Below are positions 15,845-29,328 of a DNA stretch of 64,000 nucleotides, one piece after another. The DNA is from the human T2T-CHM13v2.0 reference genome, Homo sapiens. The DNA is taken from the NCBI RefSeq assembly GCF_009914755.1, contig NC_060929.1, one strand, 5' to 3'. Each line of letters begins with the position of its first letter. Positions within the stretch are counted from its first letter, which is position 1. The position numbers and the translations under genes were made by a program. Under the pieces are notes generated by a model. That model was given only the letters and a program-made list of their open reading frames with translations, did not search any database and was not told the DNA's origin.

Positions 15845-16688
15845 CTAATGGGAAACAGTTTCTCTGCTCACAACATTTCTGACACCAAGTATATGGATTT
15901 TCTAGACCAAGAAATTCTCGAGTTCTCTTCAGAGACCAACTGGGGATCAACAATTCAATTTAATTCTGACACCCAAGGTGAGTGCAGACCCTACAGGTTA
16001 AGGGTTCAGTCCCACAAGACTGCTCCCCACTTCTGATGCCAATCACAAGTAGTGAGTCCCCAGGTTACCTATACTTCTGACCTGGCTACGTGGACCCCTC
16101 CTCAAGTCTGATAATTTGCTATAACCACTCACAGAACTCAGAGGAACACTTCGTATTACTGGTTTATTATAAAGGATATTCTAAAGGATACAAATGAACA
16201 GTATGACAGTCAGATGAATAGGTTCATAGGACAAAGTCCAGCCAATGGTCCTAGGTACAGGAACTTCTGTATCCGTGGAATTTTGGATGCATCACCTTCC
16301 TGGCAAGTGGACACATTCACCAACCTGGACACTTTCCCAATACCTTTGCTTAGGGGTTTTATGAAGGCTCTATTATGTAGGCATGATTGATTAAATCATT
16401 GGCCTTTGGTGATTAGCTCAATCTCCAGCTCCTCTTCCCTCCCCAGATGGGGCTGAAGGTTTCAATCCTCTAAACACACAGTTGGTTCCTCTGGTAACCA
16501 GCCTCCATCCTTCAAGACTCACCTCATTAGCATAAACTCAGGTGTGGTTGGAAGTGGCTTATTATGAACAATGAAAGATGCTGCTTTCACTTCTATTACT
16601 CAGGAAGTTGCTAGTGTTTTAGAAGCTTTGTGCCAGGAACTGGGGACAAAGACCAAATATTTATTTATTATTATATCACAACATCACA
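15845..16688. mobile_element. MER21-family solo LTR
   Basis: TTCTGACACCAA...CAATTCAATTTAATTCTGACAC...CAGGTTAAGGGTTCAGTCCCACAAGACTG...ATATCACAACATCACA match recalled MER21. Confidence 0.8.
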
Positions 16689-16777
16689 GTACCTAAGAAG
16701 CAAAGCTACATTCAGCAAGTACTGATGGGAGTCAAGGTTATATGTTGGAGGGCACCAATTTATTTGTATGGATTTGC

Positions 16778-16918
16778 TTTATTTATTTATTTTTGTAAGT
16801 AAATAAATTTGTCTTGCTATGTTTCCCAGGTTGGTCTCAAACTCCTGACCTCAAGCAGTCCTTCCACTTTGGCCTCCCAAAATGCTGGGGTTACAAGCAT
16901 GAGCCACTGTACCCAGCT
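16778..16918 (-). mobile_element. Alu monomer/left arm (FLAM-like)
   Basis: GTCTTGCTATGTT...AACTCCTGACCTCAAGC...GGCCTCCCAAAATGCTGGGGTTACA. Confidence 0.85.
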
Positions 16919-16929
16919 GTGCATTTTTT

Positions 16930-17180
16930 TAAACTTTATTTTATGTAGTTTTAAAACTATATATATTTTATATAGTTTTTTATAATTAGAAATGTTAATG
17001 AGTAGTTTTCTATTTATATTATTAGTTTAATAAAAGCTTCTTTTATACAATAAGAAAAATGGACTCAATTATTAATATATTCTCAGTTATTAATAATTAT
17101 ATTCTAAATTACCAATTCTCAATTATTAATATTCAATCAATAATAATATGTTAATATATTCTCAATTATTAATATTCTGA
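16930..17180. repeat. AT-rich low complexity with short imperfect repeats (CTCAATTATTAATAT)
   Basis: Seen directly: about 4 imperfect copies at 17063-17178. Confidence 0.7.
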
Positions 17181-17594
17181 GAGGTGTGTCTGGGGAAAGC
17201 CAGTGGGAATATATTACCTAATTCAGGACTCCATTTTGTCCCCTAGCAGCTATACAAATTGTAGGCATAGTGATCCTGCCTGGGAAGTAATAACCAGCCT
17301 TGTAAACTGGAACCTACTGAGTGAAAGTAAACATCAAATCATGGCAAAGATTGGTTGGCAATTACTGTAAATAAAAAATGGAACCTATTATATTGTGATT
17401 GCTTACTCCCATATCCTCCACTAGGAGGATAAATTTTGTGAGAGCAGGGACTGTATTTGACTTATTTAAAGTTACATATATATATCCTAACTGTGTATAA
17501 TACATAGTTGCTATTAAAGAAAAAATATTAAATGAATAACTGGGGTAAGTCATGAAGAGGGAAGCAGAAACGAGAGAAAATTGAACTATATTTA

Positions 17595-17968
17595 GAGATG
17601 TTCCTTCACTTACAAATGGGTTACATCCTGATAAACCCATTGTTAAGTTGAAAATATTGTATAAATGGAAAATGCATTTAATACACCTCAGCTACCAAAT
17701 AGCATAGCTTAGCCTAGCTATGATGAGCTGAAATGTGCTCAGAACATTTATGTTAGCCAACAACTGGACAAAATCATGTGACAACATAGTACAATGTAGA
17801 GTGTAGGTTGTTTACCCTCATGATCATGCGGCTGACTGGGAACTGTGGTTCATTGCTGCTGTCCAGCATGGCGGGAGATGGAGAGAGATAATATCATATC
17901 TCTTTCTATTGAATGCACATCACTTGTGCACCATAGTCAAGTTAAAAAATTATGTCAGGGACCATCTG
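17595..17968 (+). mobile_element. MER47A-like (TcMar-Tigger) DNA transposon
   Basis: AGATGTTCCTTCACTTACAAATGGGTTACATCCTGATAAACCCAT...AAAATGCATTTAATACACC...GTCAGGGACCATCTG followed by TA. Confidence 0.8.
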
Positions 17969-19209
17969 TATTTCCCAAATTTGTTTAGAATCCTCCTTGG
18001 TTTCTCCCATAGATGGTTGATCCCATCTAGAAGGGCTTATTAAGTACCAAAGAAAGTCTTAAGTTTTGTTTCAAAGTATTGATTTATCTCTACATTGACA
18101 GCATGCTTCTTAACAGCAGGCTAGAAATTGGATTGGTGGTTTCTTTTAGTCTTAGAACTAAGACTTCAGGGCAAAGATGTGGAATTTGAGACCAAATTAT
18201 GTCCTTCACCTAAAATGCACCAAATCAAATAAATTGTCTCTAGGTAATCCTTGGCATGCAGGCCTGTCTATTTTATAGAGAGTGGGTAATCCAACCCCTT
18301 CCTGAAAGTGCCTATTTAATTTATCTGAATTAAGTGGGAACAACAAACAGAAGTGTTTGAACCACAAGATAAAGTAACTGAATTGCAAAGCCAGGAATGA
18401 GTCCAGGTTAGTAGACACACATTAGGAAATGCACTGCAAAATATAAAGTGGGAGTCTTGCACCTTTGCAAGGATTAATGCTTTGAAAATATGATAGCTCA
18501 GAGAAAAAAGAAAGTTTTAGGAACTTAGTGCCATTAGGAACTTAAGGCCATTTTCTAAAGCAGCCATTCTCACCCAGAGGGCAAAAGACGCCTTTCAGCT
18601 GGAGTGGCTTTTGCCATTGCCTGGTGCCAGGGAGCTGAAGCCTTGGCAGCTGGTTGTACACAGCTCTTTCCTTGCAGGAGTGCCAGTAAGGAGAGGCTTC
18701 CAGAGCATGTCTGCACAGGAGACCAGAGAGCTCAGGTTTTTAAGTTCTAAATAAGGAGATTTATTCTGACTAAGACTCCTCCTTAGTCAATCCTTGATGA
18801 CTCCAGAGATGGCAGGGCTGTTAGTTTCGTTATGTTATTTAAAAGAGTGTGTTGAAGAAAATGTTAATTGATCCAGATGACTATGTGCATTATATCACAA
18901 AAGAAAGTTCATTTTTCACACTTTTGTCATCATCAGTCCCTCTATTTTTTATACTACTAGCCTGACCTCTTAGGCTCTTCTAGAATTTCAGAGAGCCAAG
19001 AAACATGTTTTTTAAAGTACCATTTTTCAACAATAAGTGTATGAAAATAAAAACAGTTTGATCATCTTCTCTCAGCAAAGGTAAAACATTTTTAGGCAGT
19101 AAGTAAATAGAAGGTTGTTTTAAGGTGCACTAAACCTGGGCAAGGAAAAGTATTCTGGAGACAAACAAGAGCAGGAGAGATAGTAGAAGCAGAGAAGAAA
19201 TCTGGGTGG

Positions 19210-19605
19210 GATATTCTACAACCCTGTGACCCCTAGAGTGGTCTGTGGACCAGCAATGTCTACAACACCTGGCAGAATTCAGTCCTCTTATCCCTCCAAC
19301 CCACTGAATCAGAATCTGATTCTTAAAAGGATTCCCAGGGGATTTGTATGTACATTGAAGTTTGAGAGCTCAGCTCTTGGAGCCCAGAGAGGAAGAGTTC
19401 TGAGTAAATCTGCCACCACTGAGGCTCTCAAACTTTGGTGAATATAGGAAACTCGTGAAAAGGTTACTAAAAAGGAGTGTTTACGGGTCAAAGAGGTTCT
19501 GATTCTATAGACTTGTGTGGTACCTTGAAAATCTGTATTTCTAACAAATTTTCCAGGGCTTCTGACACATATGATCATTGAACCACATGTTAAGAAACCT
19601 CTACT
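19210..19605. mobile_element. Two MER5A/B-like hAT fragments
   Basis: GTGGTCTGTGGACCAGCA...ACTGAATCAGAATCTG...AAGTTTGAGA and CTCAAACTTTGG...TTCTGATTC...TATTTCTAACAA. Confidence 0.6.
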
Positions 19606-19829
19606 GCTGATTTCATGATTTAATGAAGGAAGACTATGCTTACTAAATAATACCCACTGAAGCAGCAGGCCATAAGAGGCTTTCTGCCTGGGAGAAGCGT
19701 AATGGAGTTGCCTGTCTAAGATATAGTTACTGGTTGCAGGGCCCCTAAGACCTCATCTTTCTAGACTGATCTGTGTTCTAATCACATTGAGCTCTCCAGT
19801 TTCCCAAAACTAGCCACATGCTTTGCAAT

Positions 19830-20610
19830 GCTGTTTTCTCTGCTCAAGTTTCTGAGTCAGTTTGGATTCTTGTTTAAGGTATGTACTAGTGGTGTGACCT
19901 CAAGCAAGTGACTCACAATGTGTTACACTCAGTTTGCTCATATGTAAAATGGGTTCTGTAGTATCTGTCTCATGGGGTTATCGCAACAATTACAAGAGAA
20001 ATGGCCCATGTAAAATATATAGATAGCAGAGTGTATAGCATTTAACAGATATTTAGTACATGATCATAACTATTGCTTGCATTCTTTCTTGTCTGAAGAA
20101 CTCCCGTTTTTCCTCCAAAACTTAGTTGCTCTTTGTAAGTCCTTGACAAGCTCCCCACTACCACTATGAAGTTGCTCACACATCTGTGCTCTCAACAGTA
20201 CTTAAACATTTCTCTCTGTGTCCCTTGTGATATGTTGTTATTCGTTCTCTTTCTTTCTGCTGAACTGTGAGCTCATCAAAACAAACAATAAAAACAAACC
20301 CTGTCTTATCTGTCTGTATAGTGTTAGCACCACACACCTAATGATAAAGGCAAGGTGATTGTTTATGGGCTAGGCCCTGTTCTAAGCACTTTTAATGAAT
20401 TAACTCATTGATTCCTCAGAACAACCCTATTAGGTAGGCATGGCTGTTACCTCCATTTTATAGATGGGGAAGCTGAAGCACAGATAAGTAACTTGTCCAA
20501 GGTGATACTATTCAGTGGTAGACCTGTAATTAGAATCAATTTAATAGCAGTCTGGTTCCAGAGTTCAAGGCAGCAGACACTCACTCAATAAAGGCTTGTT
20601 GAATTGCATT
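19830..20610. mobile_element. MIR (+, ~19830-20075), L2 fragments and MIR (-, ~20350-20570)
   Basis: MIR cores GTGTGACCTCAAGCAAGTGAC...CAGTTTGCTCATATGTAAAATGGG and CCATTTTATAGATGGGGAAGCTGAAGCACAGA; L2 3' end CTCAATAAAGGCTTGTTGAAT. Confidence 0.65.
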
Positions 20611-20892
20611 ACACTGTGAGTATACCAGCTTTAGATGTGGTCTTCCTGCTTTAAGAAATGGTGTTCTGAAGGTGACTAAGGAGAAAGTCAAATCATTGTT
20701 ACAGTTTTCTGATGTGTCTTATTGACCTAAAACAATATCAAAACATATCACAGATGTACAATGTTTAATGGGTTCATTCTGAAAGGACACCTCGAATCTG
20801 TTACGAAATTGTGAAGTACCCAGACTATTTCAAAGAGCAAGATTTTGTAGAACAACAGGAGGAAATGAAGACTTCCTGACATGGTCATTTCT

Positions 20893-22275
20893 TTCTTTTT
20901 TTTTTTTTTTAGCTTTATTGAGGTATGATTTACATAAAATAAATTTCTCTTTGAAGTATACAGTTTAATGAATTTTGGTAATTGTAGATAGCTATTATAA
21001 CTTTTACCATAATCAAGATATAGATAAATTATATTATTCTAGAAAGTAGCCTTTGTGCCCCTTTGCATTTTATCCGTTCTCCTGACCTCTGGCTCCAGGT
21101 AACCATTGATTTGCTTTCTGTCACTCTAGTTTTACCTTTTCCAGATTGTCATATACATGGAATCATACAATATGATAGTCTTCTTAGTCTGGATTGTTTT
21201 GCTTAATATAAAGCTTTTGAGATCCATCTGTATTATTGTTTTGATCAGTAGTTTTTTCTTTCTTATTGATAAGTAGTATTTCATGTCATAGATATACTCT
21301 GATTTGTTTACCCACTCACCAGTTGATGGACATCTGGGTTATTTCCAGTATTTGGCAATTATCAATAATGCTGCTATGAGTATTCATGTAAAATTCTTTG
21401 TGTGGAAATATGTTTTCATTTCTCTTGGGTAAATACCTAGAAGTGGGTTTGCTGGGTCTGCCATACTGTTTCCCAGAGTGGCTATACTGTGTTGTACTCC
21501 CCAGCAATATATTAGAGTCTGGTTGTTCTTATCCTTGGCAACATATGATATTGTCAGTCTTTTTAACTTTAGCTATTCTAGTAGATGTTTAGTGGTCGTT
21601 CTTGTTGTAGTTTTAATGTACATTTTCTTGATGAGTAATGACATTGAGCATCTTTCTTAGGCTTATTGTTTATTTGCATATCATCATTTGCATATTGTTC
21701 ATTTGCATGCCATTGTGCAAATCTTTAGCTTACTTTTTTAAAAAATTGGGTAGTGTATCTTCTTTCTACTGAGTTGTATGTATTTTTAAAAGTATTCTGG
21801 ATTCAAGCTCTTTGTCAAATATATGGTTTGCAAATATTTTCTCAGAGTTTGTGGCTTGCATTTTTATTTTATTTTTAAATTATGGGGTTTTATTATGCAT
21901 AGAAGGCTCATTCCTTCTTGACTACTTTCCACATGGCAACTTGAACTTTGTATGCTTGGCGGGGTGGCAGTAGTGGCTGTACCCTGGCTTGCTCATGTCT
22001 TGGTCACCCTGAAGCCTTTGTTAAGGATCTCCGCCTTGGAGGTGAGCAGCCCTGGCTGCTGCTTTCCAATGGCTTCATTTCCTTACTTGTGTCTTTAGAG
22101 AGCAAAAATGTTAAATTTTGATTAACTTCATTTTACCTATTTTTTTTTCTTTATTGTGCTAATTGTGTCTTGCTTAAGAAATTTTTGCCTAACCCAATGT
22201 CACAGAGATTTTATTCTAGAAGTTTAATAGTTTCTTATATTTAGGTCTACCATTTATTTCAAATTAATTTTGAAT
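20893..22275 (-). mobile_element. Old L1M (L1MB/L1MC-type) 3' fragment, interrupted by a retrocopy
   Basis: Poly(T) then AGCTTTATTGAGGTATGATTTACAT..., CCAGTTGATGGACATCTGGGTT; ORF2 C-terminal remnants. Confidence 0.85.
21864..22069 (-). pseudogene. RPL36: Degenerate processed pseudogene of ribosomal protein L36 with a large internal deletion
   Basis: - strand reads GGAAAGCAGCAGCC(AGG=lost ATG)...CTTAACAAAGGC...GTGACCAAGA-CATGAGCAAGCC...CCAAGCATACAAAGTTC | GCCATGTGGAAAG...CAAGAAGGAATGAGCC...AATAAA...A-rich tail, matching recalled RPL36 mRNA; TSD TGGCTT(G)CATTT at 21852-21863 and 22070-22080. Confidence 0.8.
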
Positions 22276-24199
22276 CCGACATAGAGATTTAAACCCTGCT
22301 TTCACAAGAGTCCTCTCTTCTTGGTGATGTACCACATAGCTCATCACATAACCCTGTCACGTTAACCATGTCCGTGTAGAAACTAGTATAAAATAGTGTG
22401 TGTGTGTGAGACTCAGGGAAACCTTTTAAAGCTGGTAGCTGTTCAGTTCTCAAGTTCGACAATAAATGGTATTGTTTAAATTAGGCTTGTGATTTTTTCC
22501 GCGTGTCAGATGTGCAGAAAGAACGTGTGGGAAATAACTTATGGTAGATATGAACTTCAGGTAATTTTTTAAAGTCATTAAACTCTGGGCAGATATGTTT
22601 GAAGCAAAGTTAACTGGATAGAATAAGGAATGACTGTAGTGCCCATTTATGCCTCCAAGTTTTGTTAAGTCTTAAATATTAGACCAAACGATATTGTTTT
22701 GCTTAGTTTTTACTTCTCTGCCCATTTCCAGGAAGCACCAACTCTTTATTTGAAAAGGACAAACTATTTTCTTATTTCTGCAAATCTGTTTGAAAAAGGG
22801 AAGAACCAATCTTGGGAAAAAAATTCAGCCTGATGTTCTTTTTCCTAGCATGCCTTTTGCCCGTTACCACTTCCACATCCCCTGTTTCTAAGATAGTCTG
22901 AAATTTCAAAATGCCTACAAAAAGTTCTCTGTCTTTAGGTTGTTTGGAATTGTTAATTATTGGTGGCAATGGATGAGTGTTCAGCACCTTGGAACTTTTG
23001 CAAAAGAAACTTAATAAGGATACGTTTGCTGTAGTTGGAAAAGTATTTGATGAACAGCTGACCTTTCAAATGTTTACATGAGTTGAATCTCTGAACTGCT
23101 AATGTTTGGAAGGTCCAAGTTCCAATTCAGACTTAGACACTGAATCCCTTTGTAGAGAAAGCTTTGAAATCTCTTCAGCTGTAGTTTTCTCTCTCTTTTT
23201 TTTTTTAAGGCCAACTTCACCTACCAGTTAATTGGTTAATGTTTGTGAATGCTTTGAGTAGGCAAAAAGCACTTTCTCAGGGCAGTGCCCCATTGTTCCC
23301 TCTCCCAATTGTGGTTTGCCATTCACCTGAGTAAGTGGATAAGCCATGGGCCAAGTTTGCATTGTAGAAAGGAAATGATTCTACAGATACTTAGCCATAG
23401 GATGGAAAAATATGTTTCTTTCACGTAGAGTTTGTGAATAAAGCTTCCACTGTGCTGAGCAAAAAATGCAAAAGGAAGCCTTGTTGTCTGGATTAGGTCA
23501 CTTATAAATACCTTAAAAATATTTACATAAATGTCTACTGACTAACCAATTCTCTGAGCACATTCCATAAAAATTTCTTCTCAACTGCATTTGGAAATTT
23601 GCTTTTTTTTTTTTTTTTGGTCCATTGTGTTCGTGGCCTGGTGTTCATGGTGCTCAGTTGACTTAAAGAAGCCAATCCATCTAAAAGAACTAGGAAGGTG
23701 GGCTGAGGAAGAAGGTTGGGGCTGGGGAAATTAACAAGAGCCTTCTTTCTAATTGTGGCTTTTTCCCCTGAGGTACTGTTTCAGCATACTTTTTTTTTTT
23801 TTCTTAGCGTCAGTTACTTCATTGCTTAAGTGACTCTTTTAGCTAAGTTCATGTGTTTCTCATGGGCTACTCCAATCAGCAGGGCAGTCTCACCCTAACT
23901 AGTTTCACCACACTCCCTTTGTGGTACTGGACATTATACAGAGAGCAGCAAGCCAGGGTACTTCCGTATCTTCATTGGAAAATGTCGTTTTTAAATTGCT
24001 CTAAATGCATGCATCATTTTGTGCTTGCAGTTGGACTATAATGGGAATTATCAGAGAATCACATGTCTTTGCCATAGACTTAATCTGGTTCCCATGAGGG
24101 GAAAAAAGGATTGTGTTGTTATTATTGGAAGTAGACAAAAGAAGTCAAGGGATCTCTATTGAGGTCTGATCACACCTTGAAGGTATTTGGAATGGAGAC

Positions 24200-24480
24200 C
24201 AGAGAGGTCACACTTAGGTGTTTTATTTGACCTATATAGAGTTGAAAAAATTTTTTAAAAGTTTTCAGCATGGTGTTCAAAAATTAAAACAGAAGTAAAA
24301 ACAAAAACAACCCAAACCCCAAAGTTTCCAGCATTTAAAATCTAGAGGTTTCACATTAAAAAAATCTGGAATCCCAGCTTCTTTTAAAAAATGGGAAGAC
24401 CTGGGATCTCTAGATGTGCATTCCTAAGTGGCAAAATTGACTAGATCAGAGCAGCAGCTGCTTGTTTGGAAGGTCTGGGG
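24200..24480. mobile_element. Old hAT-Charlie fragment (MER102/MER113-like)
   Basis: AAAATCTGGAATCCCAGCTTCTTTTAAAAAATGGGAAGACCTGG; a related motif occurs at ~46270-46320. Confidence 0.4.
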
Positions 24481-25059
24481 CTCATATCACCAGCTTGTAC
24501 CCTGGAGATATAAGCTGGAGGGTTTGCATAATCTGTTACTAAAAGAATGAGTGACTATTATGTTTTCACATATATATTTTCTGTTCAAAGGAAAGAAACT
24601 ATCTAAAGAAAGTGAAAAGAATGATTTAAGATGACATATTTGAACCTTTATTCAGCTGTTTATAGTCAGAATGTCACAAGGTTATTCATCTATGAACCAG
24701 TTAAAATATACTTCCTTTGATTCTTCTGAGAGGAAGGTGTAGTAGATATGTGTTATGTATTATGTACGCCTAAAAAGCAAATTAAATATTTTTCAAAATG
24801 GCATATCTAGAGATTTAAGGCCTTTCAAGCAAAAACTTTGTGTGACCGCTCAGCAGCAAAATAATCTCCACGGCAGTCTGGTAAGAACCAGGATTATGTT
24901 TTTATCTAGAGAGGGTAAAATGACAGCTGGACATCGCCAGTATCTTTTTACTGAAAAGTATGTGTCAATTTGTGAAACACGTTTTATTCCGAGATATCTT
25001 TCACTTATAATTCTGCCTTTATCCACTAGATAGCAAATAGTATCTAATGGACATAAATA

Positions 25060-25520
25060 GCTTCCTAGTCTAGGCTTCTTAGCATTCAGTCTTCCTTCCT
25101 ATTAGCATCCAGGTTTCCTTTTGGGGTGTTATCTCTCTCCCACTGAGGGCAGTCCTGAGGAACTGGGGCTAATGAATAAAACTGCCTTGGGCTCCTGCTA
25201 GAGAAGCCCTTGATTCTCACCTTCTACTGTTGGGTATGAGCCAAGAAATGGGCATGTGACCTAAGCTTGGAAAGTTGGATTTTCCTGGTTAATTGAATCT
25301 TGAGTGGAATGGTGCAAAGCCGGAAGCAACAGTTGGAGCTCATGCATTCCAGAGATATTGCCCTGTAAGTAATCCCTGGCCTTGCTCCTATCCTGTTTGC
25401 AAGTCTGGTTTTCTATATTCCCTGTCAATTTCATGAGATTCACCAATATTCTGTGAGCTTTTTTTTCTTTTGGTATAATGGTTCTCTGTTGCATATAATC
25501 AGAGAGCTCTAACTTATATG
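25060..25520. mobile_element. MaLR LTR (MLT1-type), degenerate
   Basis: GGGCATGTGACCTAAGCTTGG...TTCTCTGTTGCATATAATCAGAGAGCTCTAACT. Confidence 0.5.
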
Positions 25521-25539
25521 TTCAGGCTCTGACCCTGTG

Positions 25540-26305
25540 CCCTGCTATCACCCTTGTCCCTTCCCCATCATCTCTTGCCTGGAATACCGTAATAGCCTCC
25601 TCACTGATCAAAGCATATGTATATATATAATATACATATATAATATATACATATAAATAATATATATTAATGTGCCAAGCATTATTATATGTATATAATA
25701 TACATATATATAATAATATACATACATATATATATATAAACTTTTGTGACCTTATCTCTTTCTCCTTCCTTGCTATACCGATCTTCTTGCTGGTCCTCCT
25801 GGCCAGGCATAATCCTGCCCTAAGCCATTTTCACTGGCTTTTCCCTGTGCCTCAATTACTTTTTCTCCAGATAGCCATTTTGGCTTACTCTCTCACCTCC
25901 ACCTTCATATCAAAGGTGATATTCACTCGTGTTTCAATACCACGTACTTGGTGAGACCTTTCCTAGCCACCTTGTTTAAAAAGTCAAGACTCTCCCACTA
26001 TAGGCATTATCTACCCATTTCCCAGCTTATTTTAAATTTTATTTTATAGACTTTTATCACCATCTAAAATACCACATGACTTTCTTATTGATTTTTAAAA
26101 GAGTGCCTGTTTATGCCCACTGGAATGTAAGCTTCAAAAGGGCGTAGTGTTCACTGCTGTTAGCCCCAGCATATAAAATAGTGCTTGGCACATTAATTTG
26201 TTGAATAAATGATGTGGCTTTGGGGGAGCCCTTTTGTTTTATTTGACTTATATTCTTAAGATTAAGCACAGTGTATGGCACAGAATAGGCACATAATAAA
26301 TTTTG
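25540..26305 (+). mobile_element. L2 3' fragments with an embedded (TA)-rich tract at 25615-25740
   Basis: ATCATCTCTTGCCTGGA...AATAGCCTCCT, GAATGTAAGCTTC...GTTCACTGCTG...AGTGCTTGGCACA...TTTGTTGAATAAATGA. Confidence 0.7.
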
Positions 26306-29164
26306 TTTTTGTTGTTGTCCCTGGCTGCTAGGACTATTAAATAGGACAGTCTTCAGGATCTAATCCTTTCATAGTTTCACTCTGGTTGATAAGTGTTTTG
26401 TAATAATCATAGGGGCTAACTCCACCCAGTATTTGAGCTTGCATTCATTTTGATGAAAAAAAAAAAAAGCAACCTGATCAGGATAGAACTTGCTTAAAGA
26501 AAGGCTCAGATTAGTTTCAGTGAGTTTACACAGTCAGCGTTTTGGCGGTGAGGCTCTGAAGTTGAATCAAGCCAAGAAATACAATTGATCATCCTAGTCT
26601 GCAAATTTCATTTGCAAGTTCAATTGAAGTGTAAGTGCAATGGGATCATGTTATTAGTTCTCTTAGAGGCAAAGATTCCCAGGATAGGAAAATTTGTGTG
26701 TGCTTGCTGGGTCAGTGAGAAATGGGCTGGCAATGCAGTGTTCCTAGGGACACTCCTGGGATGGAAAGAGACATAGGAAGGGACTATTACTAAGCAAGGT
26801 GCTTTGATCCCTCTCTCCTTTTCTCCACCCACCCCCTGCCCACCCCTGCTCTTGATTGAAACAAATGATTGTGGTATTGTGACAAAAAAACAAATATAAT
26901 TTTAATCCAAATTTAGTTCATTCTTTCAGTAAGAATATCTTTTCTTCCTTCTGCAATTAAGCATTCTAATTTTCTTTTTCCACTGCAAAATTGTGTCTTT
27001 TAGGTTGGCAGGGCTTCAAGTGGTATTGATTGTAATTTCTAATTATTTAAGCTATTTCAGCGATTAGTGAGAACTACTTCTATGATTATAGGATACTGTT
27101 GAACAATGGAGTTCTTTCAAAATCTCATTGGTCAGTTTCAATTTAGTTAGGAAAAAAATCACAAAGGCAAAAAATACAAGTTTTGAGAAACTACCCTTTT
27201 TAGCTTCAAACATGCATTTGTGTTCTTCCTATCAGAAGTAGAGTAAAAATTTTGCTGTACACTTGAGAGAATACTTCTTGTGTTGAACTTCTTTATAATG
27301 CAAAGATAACTTTTCCTTTCTGAGCAAGTTTTGAAATGCTGAGATACTTTTTTTCCTTTATAACTCAACTCTGGAACCAAAAGTTCCTTCCTTGGATTTG
27401 TGAATTCCCAACCCCCAAGAGTATAGTCCAAATTGATTTTGAGCCTTTTTTCTATTCAATAAAAATAGTAAATGGCACTGGCAATATTTGAGTTAGATAA
27501 ATTCCAGTTAAGGTAAAGTCGAACTTGTTTGAGACCTGCTATTCAAATCATAACCAGTTCGGGCTGGAGGTGGTTCTCTTGCATCCATGTGTTCGAGGGG
27601 GTAGAAAGTTTATTCTCAAACTTCATGTGCACATATCAGTTGAAGAAATAAGATAATTATCTAAAAACTGAAAGCAAGAGTTTACTGTTTTGTTTTGGGT
27701 TTGCTTTTTGTTTTTTTCAAGCTGATATATTTATAGAAGTGAAATTTGTTATGTGGATGTTTAATGGATATTCAGATGGCAGCATCAGTTTTGTGTTTTT
27801 ATTTTATGTCTGCTTTATGAGGTCAAATAAAGTAACTGTCCAGCTCATACAGTGTGATCATTTTCATTATTTATCAGATAATATGCATTTATAGTCAGTG
27901 GAACAACTGTAAGCTCCAAATATTGAGTACCATTCTTATTAATTTTTCTATACCCAGAGCACAAGAAATATCTCCACAATGTTCAGGATGTAGTAGGCAT
28001 TCTATACATGCTTAATGTGAATTAACTGAACTAATGGGATGGTTGTTGTTGTTTTATTGTGATCTAGTTTTTTGACCTATAGAAATGCATCAATGGTCTC
28101 TTTGATATGTTCTATTCTCATTATTATGCCATTGAGAGGGTCTTAGGATACACGTATTAGGCTTATAATAATAGTTTCTTGAATTTGAATGACTTTAAGA
28201 GAAACACTCATATCCATTATTTTATCATGTTCTTACCACATCTCTGTGAAATTAGGAGGTATGGAAACCAAAAGTTTAAGTGATCATTTTTCATCATTAT
28301 TTACTTGGACACCTAGGCCAGTTCTCCATTTTTTACTAACCATGTGGTGGGCATAATGAACACATTATTAATGTCTAATAAAAAATTGTCTTCCTGAAGG
28401 CTTGTTGATTGACAGGGTTAAAACAAAATCATGATGTGGAACTCAGAAATAAAGCTCTGACACCTTTACATTATTGGCATGCATTTTAAGGCTTTATTTT
28501 AAGTAGCTATTTTCAAAATTGAAGGTTGGCCTGATGGAAAAGTCAACTCAGGGCTATCTACTTGAGGATTGTTTGCTTGATAGATTAGCAAAACAGTTGC
28601 TGGTTCATTCCAAGTTTGGCTTTTTACTGGGTACAACTGAAGGTTGGTATGTACCCACATTGCAAAATAGTTTTAACAGCAAATTCAACAAGATGGAAAT
28701 GCCTTCTCAATTATACTAATGCACCTATGGTTCAACTCCCGAGTGGGAGAATTGAGAACTGATTTTAAATGAAAAACTTTACATTAAAACACTTATTTAA
28801 GGTCTGCAAACATATTAGAAAGAAATGGCCTATCGTTCCTTAAAATTGCTTAGATTTTTTTTCCCCCTGCTTTGCCTATCTTATGGTCTTTCTCATTCTC
28901 TTTTTAGCGTCACAAGGCCTGAGGTTCTATTCAGTTACCTCTTGTTTCCATACACAATTTTTGCAGTTGGTTCTGTCAAAAAGATGGTCAATATTTAATT
29001 GACTGATGTTTCAGATTTTAGATCTGGAAAAGTCCTGTTTTTTCACCAAAATTTAATCATCCCAATCATTAAGGCTGTCCTTATGTTTGCTCAGATCAAA
29101 CTTTCATTTCCTAAATTTTATTGCAGAGATAGAGCTTGGCTTTTTGTTTGTTTTATTTTATCTT

Positions 29165-29328
29165 CTTTCAGTGATGGGGTCTGGCTATGTTGCACAGGCT
29201 GGAGCACAGCGGCTATCTGTAGGTGAGATCATGGTACACTGCAGCCCCAAACTCCTGGGCTCAAGGAATCCTCCTGCCTCAGCCTCCTGAATAGCTGAGA
29301 CTGCAGGTCCATGCCACCATGCCCAACT
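29165..29328 (-). mobile_element. Alu right arm/monomer (AluJ/FRAM-like)
   Basis: GGGGTCTGGCTATGTTGCACAGGCTGGAG...AACTCCTGGGCTCAAG...CCTGCCTCAGCCTCC. Confidence 0.85.

Noticed and set aside
17063-17178. Short spaced repeats here and at 46068 and 51284 resembling a CRISPR-like array
   Set aside because: Only 2-4 copies, no unique regular spacers, no cas genes, mammalian context; explained by slippage or duplication
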